The position numbers were made by a program, and so were the translations under genes. The notes beneath the pieces are model-generated. The model saw nothing but the letters and a program-made list of their open reading frames with translations, ran no database searches and was not told the origin of the DNA. A stretch of DNA of 64,000 nucleotides from NCBI RefSeq assembly GCF_964204645.1, contig NC_134029.1, positions 13,976,850 through 14,040,849 of the forward strand. Direction: 5' to 3'. This document shows positions 38,901 through 51,365 of the stretch, piece after piece (within the stretch, counting starts at the first letter, position 1; each line of letters begins with the position of its first letter). Source of the DNA: Tubulanus polymorphus. Lineage: Eukaryota > Animalia > Nemertea.

Positions 38901-39448
38901 CTAATGTCTATTTATTAATTGATGAGACCTGTTTTTCTTGGATATTTTGCTTACTTTTTGGGGTTCATACCTCATTTATGTCTTAACAGAATGCCAAAAA
39001 TCGCGGACAACAACTAAATATCCGATATATTTCCAGTTCTGTACCAATTAGATGGATTGGCAAAAAGACTCCTTAAGTCCAGTTGAATGAGAGAGAAAAT
39101 CCTCCATTTTGTCAAATTTCTTGGATTTGAACATTGTTACCATGCCTACGCCACCCTGATTTAGTTGTTGAGACCCCACAAGAAAAATAACTTCATTTCG
39201 TAGGCATGGTGACAATGTAAAAATTCAAGAAATTTGACAAAATGGAGGATTTTCTCTCTAATTCAATTGGACTTAAGGAGTCTTTTTGCCAATCCATCTA
39301 ATTGGTACAGAACTGGAAATATATCGGATATTCAGTTGTTGTCCGCGATTTTTGGCATTCTGTTAAGACATAAATGAGGTATGAACCCCAAAAAGTAAGC
39401 AAAATATCCCAGAAAAACAGGTCTCATCAATTAATAAATAGACATTAG
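38901..39448. repeat. Long inverted repeat: 250-bp arms with 48-bp spacer
   Basis: 38901-39150 is nearly the exact reverse complement of 39199-39448. Confidence 0.95.
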
Positions 39449-40617
39449 TATAATAATAGTCAGAAACACTTTCCAAAAACGGCTTATTCTGCCAATTTCG
39501 GCGTTTGATATAATGATATTTAATTTTTTCCACGAAATTACTATAGACACCTATGGTAATCATTTTTTACAAAAAATATTAGATTTTAATTTTTCCTAAA
39601 CCTCTTCATGACCCCTTTCTTTAAAGTTAGTTACATTTTATGAAAGGTGAATTTAGAGTTCTATTTTACCCATTTCTCATCGAACGAATCCTGTTTTTTC
39701 AAGGTGTCAAAGATTATATGAATGTGCTGTCAAATATGAACAGACAAAAATAGTCCAACAAGGTAAATTTTTATTTTTGATTGTCCACGATCTTTTTGGG
39801 ATATTTCGCTTAATTTTGAGTGTGCATACCTCAAATAGGTCTTAATCGAATCAGTAGAGTTGTGCAGTCCAGAAAAATCATCGTTTTTATATCCAATTTA
39901 CACTGCTTAGAAGGATTGATGAACATTCTCGAAAATTGAGGTTTAAATCAGCGAGAAAGACCGCCATTTTGTTTGTTTTTGCTTATTTCTTTATGCGAAT
40001 GAGGCATTGCACACATGCGCAATGAGGCGAGGATGCGTCAATTATATCATGGGGGATGTAGCAGCTTCTTGTCGCCAAGAGACCAATCAACGACTCACAA
40101 TATTAGGCCTACTCTAGAAAGCCGTTTTAGTGAATAAAGATTGCTTTGTCAAAGGTATCAAAACAATGTGGTTTGGCAATGATTTAGGCCTATGATAGCG
40201 CAGCCATTACGGCCGTACCAACGTAGTAAAACACGTGCGAGCAACGTACTCCCCCATATAAAATAAACTTACCCAGATCACATGGTACACACTGCTCATT
40301 TGCATAAAGAAGTAAACAATCTGGAACCGAATGGCGGTCTTTCTTGCCGATTTAAAGCTCAACTTTCGAGAATATTCATCAATCCTACCACTCGGTACAA
40401 AATGGATATAAAAACGATGATTTATCTGGACTGCACAACTCTACTGATTCGATTAAGATCGTGGACAATCAAAAATAAATAGACTGTTCACGTTAGGCTA
40501 AATTAGACAAAATGACAACACCAGCGATGACGGATGATCTCATTGTGTAAGTACATTTATTATAGCCTAAGCCCTACATTGGCCTAAGTAGGCTAGGCCT
40601 AAGTATAATAGGTACAA

Positions 40618-42213
40618 GTTTTTAGCCCACATGGGACTTTTTAGTCCCCGCGGGCTATTGCGTTCACTTTTCGTTCGTCCGTTCGTCCATCCGTAGACGG
40701 AATCCAGTTATTTTGGGAATTTTTGAAGATGCTTTAATGTAATGTCTTGATATTTGGTTTATACATGTATGTACCCTAGACACATTTTCAGCCCAAAAAC
40801 TGGCCCTGTCAGAATCAAGATGGCCGACTGGCAGCCATTGTTGTTCGCCAAAAATCAGCACTTTTTACACATTTTTGAAGTTTTTGAGGGAAATTTTGAA
40901 GGGCGCTTTGATCAATTACCTTGATCTTTCATACATAGGCCTATTTGAAGGGTTCATCTGCATAAGAAAAATTGGGTCGATCAGACTCAAGATGGCCGTC
41001 CTATGACCTTTTTAGTGCCCAAAAATGTCAATTTTGGCCGGAATCCTGGGACCTGTAGCTTCCTAATTCGTCTGCAATTTCTCATTGCAATTTGTGATGG
41101 GTATTCTTTGGAAAGGGATGTTTTATACCAGAGACAGGTGTTTTCGATCAACCAATTTTGACGCAATTGGCGGCCACAGGGGGGATCTAGAACCAAATTT
41201 AGGGGGGGCACCTAATAAATGTAGCTATGATGATACTGTATTGACACCGAGCGGCGTAGGCGCGAGACGTTCCTACGCTGCGGGGAGTCCTGTGGGCCCT
41301 CCCCCAGAAAATTTTTGAAATTTAACTGTTTTGGGGCCATTTCCTGCATTCTGAGGCAAGAATTCGTGACAAATACTTTCCCCTTTTCTGCTGCTGATAA
41401 ACTAAAACAAAGGGATTAATTTTCATTTAAAACTGATCAAAATTATTTCTATACTTTTTTGAGAAAAAATTGCGTATATCCATCACAGCAATTCACTTCC
41501 TGAACGGCTCCACGATGTTCCGGTGCATGTGAACTCGACTGCCATGGCACAGCACGGCGTTAATGTTCAGCGAGTGGCGGGAGGTCGGTCAAAAAAAAAG
41601 ATCTTCACTTAAAGGAGGGAGGGGGCCCGGGCCCCCTCCCTAGATCCGCGCCTGCATCAGTACTCATTTGTAGGTGGGAAAAAGTTTTCCAAATTGAATT
41701 GATACCTAAGCATATTGTGTAACTACTATAATCAATTGGAAAGTTGTAGCTCATAGCTATATTTGTGGTGAGTTTCAAGGTCATTGGTTTTTGTATACGG
41801 CAACCAGGGGGCGTTGAATAATACAATAGCCTAACTTAGTATTTCTATGTTATATTTGTACCTACACATATTTTGTTACCACAATCAATTGCAAAGTTGT
41901 AGCTCATGATATCTTCCTAGGATTTTGGTGAGTTTTAAGGACATTAGTTATTCTATATGGTCACCAGGGGGCATTGAATAGTAGAATAACTTAGTAGGCC
42001 TATTTCCTGATAAGAATGGTAGGCCCTACCTAGGCATATTTTGTTACCATGATCAAGTAGTTCATGACATGTACTATGATTTTGGTGGGTTTCAAGATCA
42101 TTGATTTTTGTATAGGCCTATGGTCACCAGGGGACGTTATGTATTGAAATTGTTAGATTGTTGGGTATTTGAGCCCACTTCCCAAGTGGGCATGGTGTCC
42201 CTGGACCCCTAGT
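40618..42213 (+). mobile_element. HINE family element, full-length, with nested MITE
   Basis: 5' TTTTTAGCCCACATGGGAC, (CGTY)n, core, tandem repeats, 3' TCCCAAGTGGGCATGGTGTCCCTGGACCCCTAGT. Confidence 0.88.
41177..41654. mobile_element. hAT-like MITE nested in the HINE copy
   Basis: CAGGGGGGATCTAG...CTAGATCCGCGCCTG; absent from sibling copies; no clean TSD. Confidence 0.7.
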
Positions 42214-43703
42214 CTGAATTATGTATGGAAGGAAAGTGGAAGGGATATACGCTGCGTAGCTCAAATAATTTTAAGTTAGGCCTATAGTGGGCCTACATTA
42301 GACCCTGCCTTTAGTGGTATCGGATCTTTTGCAGTATAGAATAATAAAAAAATTTTTCTAGTTCCCTACAGTTTCTCGGTTGTGGAAACATCTGAAAATC
42401 AATAGGCCTAGGCCTAGGCCTACTGGTATTTGTCTATACCAATATCATTTTGCTAGTCCCGTCTCTAATGAGTTTATTGTCCGATTAAGTTTGCTGATTT
42501 CAGACTGGCTGAACTGGCGGGGCAGATCCCTCAGTATTTTCTGAATTTCTAACTGGGAAAACTGGACATCCTTAACATTGTAAATGTATCATTTGCCTGT
42601 ATCCATGATCCTAGCTAATGACTATCAAAGCCTGTTGTACTTAGGCTCCCAAAGTTGTGAGGAATTATGGAACGTTTTGAGGCGCATGAAGGGCCTACCT
42701 CTCAGTGAATTGTCTATATCGGTTTTACCCAGTAATGAAGTATTATCCCCATCTTTATCCTCACTGGTGATCGCACTCTGATACATTCGTAAGTAGTACA
42801 TAGGAATATAAAAATAAATTGTTAGGCGCGCATTTGTAAAAAAAAAGATATAATGAGACACGAAGGGTTTCCGTGATCATAAGAAAAAATGTCCGTTAGC
42901 CTACTCTTTATTGGGGAAAAAATTTTACAAGTGTGTATCTGTGCAGAGACGAACACTTCAGGCGTGAAGCCCAAGGGGGAAGTTTTGAGGATTTTTGGAG
43001 CCAATTTTAAGTGTATTCTTATGTAATCGTGTGGTCTTCGCCGTAATTAAAACTACCACTCAGTAGGCCTATAGTGCCTGTCACATTAACTTCATTCATT
43101 GAAGCATCACACTACACTCAGATCACAGTTTCATTGGTTAACGTGTGGACTATACTATAATGGAAAATAGGGTGGGTAGGATGTCTGGGCGATTACACTA
43201 TGCTTAGTGGGAAGGTAGATCCACGCATTTTATTATTGAAAAACATCGTTAGGCCTACATTGAAATAAACTAAAATAAGAACACTATATTGTCTTAAGAG
43301 AACAAATAATCAGTTTATTTTCACAATTCCTTTAAGAATTTTTCAGGATTTGTGGAGAATGGGAGCACTATGCCTGGGGAAAAATGTCCATTTAACATTT
43401 AAAAAAAAACAGCCTCACGGGAACCCTGGAAACATGAATTTGTTTTCACTAAGGCCTGCATGATTCATCTGTGTGATTAATTATACTTTATTGAACTTAC
43501 AAATTACATCCTGGAGTAAGCCTATAATGAGCCTTGTACTGCATAACTTTTACCATCATTATTAATTCATACTTGAAATCCTGATGAGATCTATGCGTGA
43601 TAGAGTACATTAAAGATTAATGTCTGGCATATGCTGTAGCCTATGTTTTAACACATGCACGTGATCGCAAATTTTGAATGGAAAACTATTGTTTGTTTTG
43701 ATA

Positions 43704-43871
43704 GGTATGAAGATAGTGATGAATACAATGATGACGAATCAAAAGACGTTCCTGCTCATATAAGTAGAGTATCCTGTAACTTATTGCATTTTGCTGATTT
43801 GCAAAATGACGAATTCGAAGATGCCGTGCTAGCAATAAATAGTGATACCGCTCTCCCAGAGGTTGATCGAG
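43704..43871 (+). other. Possible orphan exon (acidic), parent gene unknown
   Basis: atag/GTATGAAG...GATCGAG/gtgagt with open frame YEDSDEYNDDESK...PEVDR. Confidence 0.3.
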
Positions 43872-44079
43872 GTGAGTACTGGTTTTGACTTGCAAGCAAT
43901 GATCAATCACAATTGTCAACAATATTTGATCGTCAAAGATGAAGATCTTTTTGAAAGGGCACTTTGCATCCCTCCGAGCAGGCAGCCTTATAATCCCAAT
44001 CTTTTATTTGAGATGTGCATCATTAATGAAACTGGTAATTTATTAATCTCTGATGAATTACTACGGAGCCTGGATGGTG

Positions 44080-45132
44080 AAATTGTTGTTCGCCAAAATC
44101 AGCACTTTTTACACATTTTCGAAGTTTACGAGGGAAATTTTGAAGACGCTTTGATCAATAACCTTGATCTTTCGATTATATTTGAATCTACCTAGGGCCC
44201 ATCAGCATAAGAAAAATTGGGTCCATCTGACTCAAGATGGCCGTCCTTTGACCTTTTTAGTGCCCAAAAATATCAAATTTGGCCAGAATTCTAGGTCCTG
44301 TAGCTTCCTACTGGTTTGCCATTTCTCATTGCAATTTGTGATGAGTATTCTTTGTAAAGGGATGTTTTATACCTGAGACAGGTATTTTTGATCCGCCAAT
44401 TTTGATGCAATTGGAGGCCATCTTGGTGTCATTAATACTTATTTGTAGGTGGGAAAAAGTTTTTCGACATTATATTGATACCTAAGCATATTTTGCTACA
44501 ACAATGAATTAGAAAGTTGTAGCATATGTGTTCTATGATTGGGGTGAGTTTCAAGTTCATTGTTTTTTGTATATGGCCACCAGGGGGCGTTGAATAATGC
44601 AATATCTTAGTATTTTTATATTATATTCGTATCAATGCATATTTTGTAACGACAATCAATTGCAAAGTTGTAGCTCATGACATCATCTATGATTGTGGCA
44701 AGTTAGATTGTGGCCATTAGTTATTCTATATGGTCACCAGGGGGCTTTGAATAGTAGAATAACTTAGTATTTCCTTATTATATTGGTACCGAGGCATATT
44801 TTGTTACCATGATCAATTACAAAGTTATAGGTCGTGACATGTTCTATGATTGTGGTGAGTTTCAAGGTCATTGGTTTTTGAATATGGTCACCAGGGGGCG
44901 TTGAATAGTAGAATAACTTAGTATTTCCATATTAAAGTGGTAACGAGGCATATTTTGTTATCACAATCAATTACAAAATCGTAGCTGCTGACATGTTCTA
45001 TGATTGTGGTGAGTTTCAAGGTCATTGGATTCTGTATATGGTCACCAGGGGGCGTTGAATATTGAAATTGTTAGATTGTTGAGCATTTGGAACCACTTCC
45101 CAAGTGGGCATGGTGTCCCTGGACCCCTAGTT
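44080..45132 (+). mobile_element. HINE family element, 5'-truncated
   Basis: Core, four ~154-bp repeat motifs (44578, 44735, 44889, 45043) and the conserved 3' end. Confidence 0.88.
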
Positions 45133-46129
45133 TATTTGAACATATTCGTTTCAACATATCATGATATGAATATGAATAAAATGAATTTTGTTTGAACAAA
45201 ATTTTGTTCGTTCGAACCGAAAGTATATTGTTCAAAGGCAAGGTTTTGCATTGCAAGCACACATTGATTAGAACAATTTTTTAGCCCGCTTAGGACTTAA
45301 GTCCCAGCAGGCTATTACACAGGCACCTGTATATGGGCTTTGGTAGGCTAATAGATAAATATTTAATAATTCACCAGCGATATTTTATTCCTGACTTCGG
45401 TAATCGGCCATGTTTTATAATGAATTTACCCATGCGCCCATCGTTAAACTATACTATACAGAAAGGCTGGAAACGCTTCTATCTCCGTAATGCTTAAATC
45501 TAAAAGTCACAAAATGGCGAGCAATTCATTTGACATTCGTGCTGAGCTTAATTCGCTTATAGTTTGTTTGTTTGTGAGGATTATAATGTCGGCTATCTAA
45601 TTTAGTATCTCAAACTTAGTAAGTTTGGCAATTTCTATAGTCCTAGCTTGGCTTTGCATTATCATTTTTCTTATTTTGACTACTAAATACATTCTTTCTT
45701 TAAGAAATTAGTAGATGATGGTGCCGGCAGTGACAACATTGTTTTTGGAGAGGCATACAACAAATGTTTGGCATGGTTTTTGTTGAAATGAGAGTTAATT
45801 GGTTCCACACAGTTGTGTGCGCTTTTTCATTGCTATTGCCATAGGCCTAGGCTAATTAGTGTGTTTGACATTGTTTTTCGGTATATTGGCACTCTTCGCT
45901 TATGAGCGCACACACGTTAAAATTCGCGGACAAAATTGGTATGTAATCCATATATCTAACGTACATACAAACACTGCAGTGCATGACAAAGTGTATGTAT
46001 ACTCTGTATTCATGTATACACACGCGCTGCACTACTGCGCTCGCCAAGCGTATACTAGAAATACTGTCATACAGTGTCTATTCTAAAGAAAGAGGTTTTT
46101 ATATAATTTCGGAAGAGTATCCAGATGGT

Positions 46130-46425
46130 TAAATAATAAAAAATCGCAACTATCACAATCTTCATGATGATAATGAGTTTATTTACATGTTCAAACGTTT
46201 CGATCGATTTCGACTCATCTCTTCGCGTCGTTTTCAAGAAATGACATGAAAAGATACAAACTATGTATAGTATACTGTTATTAATTACAGAGAATATCAT
46301 GCAGGCGTGAAGTGGCCTAGTTAACACAGTACAAATGGATTATAAACATATCAAAATACGTTCAGTAAAAATAAGACACCATGTGTGGAAAGTTGTTTGT
46401 TAATACTTGGTTTTTTGGATTTTAA
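46130..46425 (-). mobile_element. Penelope-like element 3' remnant
   Basis: KSKKPSINKQLSTHGVLFLLNVF* resembles the PLE GIY-YIG C-terminus; hammerhead-like motif downstream; ends near AATAAA. Confidence 0.6.
46197..46242 (-). ncRNA. Minimal type-I hammerhead-like motif (variant core)
   Basis: Minus strand reads UUUC-UUGAAAAC-GAC..GUC-GAAA-UCGAUC-GAAA: stem I UUUC/GAAA, stem II GAC/GUC, palindromic stem III. Confidence 0.5.
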
Positions 46426-46568
46426 ATTGGGAAGACGTCTAGATATTTCCAAACAAGCATATAGGCTTAACAGCAAACCTCTCTTCCCTAAACTTACAAA
46501 GTCATGAGAGAACGGGACTTGTGTATGTAAGCGATAGATATCCAAACACAGGTCTAAACAATCAGGCA

Positions 46569-47172
46569 GCTGCTTCTTGATGGTAGACTATATACCACAG
46601 TGCATGTTCAACCTGGGGCAAAAACCCATCCCCGGTAGCCAAGAATAATTAAATAAGCAATAAAGCTAAATGCGTCAATTGATACAAAATATAACTAGGG
46701 TTGGGAAGCCCCAGGCGAACTCGCGTGAACAAAGTCCACTAGGGTTTAAGTCACCCTGAGAACGACGAGTAAATTCCCAAACGCCCGAGTCAAAAAAGGG
46801 TTAAATAAGCGAGGTAAAGACCTGCAGAGACCTCTAAAGATCCAAGGGCAAGAAATTTGCGGGTTGACCAAATTGCGAGTTTGAGCTGCTGCTTCTTGAT
46901 GGTAGGATTCCACAGTGCAAGTTCAACCTGGGGCAAAAACCCACCCCAGTAGCCACATTAAATAAGCAATAAAGATGAAAGCAGAAAATTGCCTCAATTA
47001 GTACAAAATATAACCAGGGGTGGGAAGCCCCAGGTCGAACTCGCGTGAACAAAGTCCACTATGGTATGAGTCACCGTGAGAATGACGAGGAGATTCCCAA
47101 ACTCTTGAGCCAAACAAGGGTTAAAGAACCGAGGTAAAGACCTGCAGAAACCTCTAAAGATGCAAGGGCAAG
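46569..47172. repeat. Diverged direct repeat, ~320-bp period x2, self-complementary
   Basis: GCTGCTTCTTGATGGTAG...CTCTAAAGAT.CAAGGGCAAGA occurs at 46569 and ~46888. Confidence 0.88.
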
Positions 47173-47449
47173 AGATTTAGTGCATATCACATGCACGTGG
47201 ATCAGATAACAATGATAAAAGCTTACTATAATACAAGTGTAGCAGCCCGAGATTTTTCAATAATAACAATAATAAAATGTATGAATTTGTGAGCAGTATT
47301 CGCTGTTAATAATATGACATACTGAAACCAAACTACGTGTAACACATTCTAGCCAAAAATGAAACCGGCCTCGCTAGCCATATACTTAGCTAGCACAAGC
47401 CATTAACCCTTTAGCCATTGCTTGCCACAAAATTTTTTCTGTCAAATAT

Positions 47450-47812
47450 CACTAGTTGGCACAAATCTTTACTGCCCAAACCCACTAGTTGGCGCAAAAT
47501 CTTTTCTGCCCAACCTCATTAGTTGGCGCAAAATCTCACTGCCCAACCTCACTAGTTGGCGCAAAATCATCACTGCCCAATCTCACTAGTTGGCGCAAAA
47601 TCTTTTCTGCCCAACCTCACAAATTGGCGCAAAATCGTCACTGCCCAACCTCACTAGTTGGCGCAAAATCTTCACTGCCCAACCTCACTAGTTGGCACAA
47701 AATCTTAACTGCCCAACCTCACTAGTTTGCGCAAAATCTTAACTGCCCCACCTCACTAGTTGGCGCAAAATCTAAATCATAAAACTTCCGAACCCCAACC
47801 TCACTAGTTGGT
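47450..47812. repeat. 34-bp minisatellite, ~10 copies
   Basis: Unit CACTAGTTGGCGCAAAATCTTCACTGCCCAACCT. Confidence 0.93.
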
Positions 47813-48657
47813 AAAGAAATAAGACTGACAAACAGAATGCTCACCAGACAAAAGTCGACCGATCGGGCTGAAGACTTCAGGCAAACTGTGTAGTGTCAGA
47901 TTATTACACTGGTGTCGCTGATGTCACTGAGAAACTAGTTGGATGGACACGGAAAAGTTAAGCAAAATTGAAAAATTCAACATCGGGACTTTACAATCCA
48001 ATCAGGAACATCCAGGTGAAAAGGGATGATTGACAACTATATGTATTTGGTGAAAAGCAGGTAAGTTGCCTGTACATCGAGTGTCGAACTTATCCAACTC
48101 TTAACAATTCTTGTCAAAAATGCGTTCCCACCGTCGGCTGTATTTGGTAAATTTTTTCGTTGGAGTTAAGTTAAATACAAACGAAACATTATTTCTAAAA
48201 GAAGAAAGATCTTTCCCAATAAAATACATCAAGTTGATTTTTCAATAGATAAATTCAATTCCCTGAAAATAACATTCAAGAAATAAAAAAGATGGGTGAA
48301 ATAGTGATGAACTTAAACTATTAAGATAACTAAATTGATAATTCAAAACATCTAAGTAAGCTATTAGGGCACAGACTGTCTTAAATCATCAAAGTTAAAT
48401 GCATCGAAATTGTGTGGTAATTTCAAACTGGTGCAGTGTCTGATAACATTGATCGTCGTAAATTTACCTTAACTAATTCAGGAATTGTTCCAATAATCTC
48501 AAAAAGTAACATGCCAAAATATCGGAAAACATCAATGCAATTGATTTCGTGTTAGTTGAGAAAATTTTCCATTTAATCTTCCTTGGCCTCTTTTTCCGTG
48601 GCTATTTTTTCCTAAGTAAAGACCTTGGCCATTTTTTCCTGGCAATTTTTTTGTTGG

Positions 48658-51365
48658 CCATATTTTCCATTCGTATAAGTCGACCCCTATTTTTCAGCCA
48701 TGAAATCAGTGTTTTAACCCATGTTCGCTGTAGAAGTCAACCCCCTTCTTCACAGTTAACCCTAACAAAATTTTTATTTTGCCTCTAGTCCCGGTAGCGT
48801 AATGTATGGAGTTAAGGTACCAGAGTTTACAAATAGATTTCAGATCAACGATCATCTTGCGGCTTGTATTGATGTCATCACTAAATGCAATGTCTTGAAT
48901 GCAGTTTGATGTAAACTCAAATTCAAATTTAATGAACTAAGATGATTGGATCTGGAAAGTTGACGATTCCACCGAATTTGCCGATGAAGAATGGGATCCA
49001 TATGACAATGAAGGATTTAGCTAGGAGGATATGCTGGAACTCTTCAAATCAGACGGCAAAGATAAACAATTGGAAAGATTTTAACCCTTTCAGTGCTGAC
49101 TAATTAATACCCTATAGTGCTGGAGAAAATTTTATTTTTATTCAACATAATTTTACACACCGGTAGTAAAGATAATATTAGAACATACATTTACTGACAA
49201 AATATCGAGTAAATTGAAAACAAAACACCCATAAAAGTTTCCATAACTTAACCCTTACAATACCACTACCATATGGCATATGGTACAAATTGGCAAGCTA
49301 GGATACCTGTACCATATGTGATACAGTATCGCTTAACCCTTCTTCTAGAAGGGCATATCTATCAGTATCAGCTGGTGCTGCCATCTGCATAAAATCCAAG
49401 ATGGCAACAGCCTGGAAAAAACAATTTGGCTGGATGAAACGGTTCAGCTCGTATATGATGCTGACAGAGATGCTGGTGACTTGGCATTTGGTAGTGAACA
49501 AATTTAGAGTGACAACGAATATGACAGCAGTAGTTCAGATGATGAGACTTAGTCAGAAAATAGGTTTATAGTGCCGGCAATGATTTTGATGATGAAAATG
49601 AAATCAGTGACAATTTTTGGTTTACCTTTGACAGCGATATGAAGTTGGCATTGAGCCAATTTCATGTAAAATCGCGGTACGTTTTTTTATGTGAGCATTT
49701 GTTTCATTGGTTCTCGGGTTAAACGACGTATAATCGATGCGCTTGAAGACATGACAAACCTCCGTCGATGTACATGGTCAACTTCGTTAAAATTCTACGA
49801 TAAACTGTTTTTGGCGGGAAAATTCTTAGCTCTCGCGTATAAAATTGCAATGACCTCGATTGGGGGGCGTAGGTATTGTTCTATTTAATACCCGGTGATT
49901 GATTTGATTGACACTGAAGTGCAAGCGAACATTCACTTACACAAGGCCTCCACGTGCGCACGGACTGTTGCATACACAAACACACGCTTGTACAGTATAC
50001 ACTACTATAGTGATACTGTAAACGCTGCTTGCTGGCGCGTCTGACATTCCATCAACAGAAGATGAGCGCTATGTTTTCTGTTTGATATAATTTATATTAA
50101 ATTGTAATTTCTTGTGACCTGAAAATATTAAGCAGCAAACTACAAGTATAGGTCGAGGTCTGAATATTGTAGTAGTAAATTCCAGGATTCAAAACGATCT
50201 AATACGCCGATTTCTTACTGCACCGGTTTAGATTCCGCGGCCATACATTGGAAGAGGTTTCCAAGACTAAATATTCAGCCACCCTCTGATAGGTGACATC
50301 ATATGAATTTTATTTGAATATTTTTTCATATTGTGAAAAATATTTCTTTGAAAATATGAAATAGTTTCCCTGCCGCTCCTACCTGTACCCTACGAAATGT
50401 ATATTTTTGGTCTTATTTGACTACAAAATAATTCTTTGAGAAAGATGAAATACAAGATAGAACTTTGAAGTCACGAATTAAAAGATTTTTCAAGCAATGC
50501 CCTTACCCCAAACAACCTCTAGCTTTCAAGGTAAACCACACTTTGCCCATGGGAAATTTATTTTAGACCCTGTTGATGCGGTTGTCATGGCAACGGACAC
50601 CAATTACAATAATGAAGAACCAGAAAATGTCAATCCTCAAGGTCACATATATCCAAATTATTTGTCTTATTTGTAAGCCCAAAGGTGATCAACACCATGG
50701 TATACAATGTATCAGTGTCAAATACATAGGTAATAATTTTCTGAGGCCTGAAATTATACCCCAATGAAATCCCTTACATTCGGCCTTCCGACATATCGGT
50801 GGAAAATTGGGTAAATGAGTGGGAAAATAAATTTTTTAGTTGTTCTATTGCTTTGAAATTTTTACTACATAAAGAAAGGATATATGGCATACAATTTCAG
50901 TTGGAATTGAAAAGATCAATGCATTTTGCTGGGAAACAGAGCAGTTTATCTGAAACTTTTTCGTGAATTTTTTTCATGGCGGCCATCTTGGAGTATGTGA
51001 CCTTGACCTCAAGTTCACTTATACCCAAATTATTTATGTCTACTTTGTTGGCCCAAAAGTTATCAACAACATGCTATATAATTTTTCTGTCAGATACCTT
51101 TGTAACTATTCTGTGAAAATATTTTTCATGACTTTGTTCAATAAGCGTTGACTTGAATTGATGTTGACATAGAATTGATGTTACATCACTCTGGCGGTCT
51201 CCCATCATCAGCTGATCATCAATAATTGAGGAATATCGGTAGGAATATCCCTGAAAAATATACTTTCAAACGATCTGAAATTTGTATCCGGTGTATAAGT
51301 CAACCCAAGTTTTTGGACTACTACTTTTGGCCTCAAAAACTCGACTTATACAGTGGAAAATACGG
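48658..51365. mobile_element. pogo/Tc2-type non-autonomous element with nested insertions, including a piggyBac end at 49085
   Basis: C(A)TATTTTCCATTCGTATAAGTCGAC...TCGACTTATACAGTGGAAAATACGG-TA; left end is degenerate. Confidence 0.55.

Noticed and set aside
47080-47105. Hammerhead core in the 320-bp repeat (ATGACGAGG..CCCAAAC)
   Set aside because: Core nucleotides deviate and are not conserved in the first copy
47489-47725. 78-aa repetitive ORF
   Set aside because: Translation of the 34-bp minisatellite
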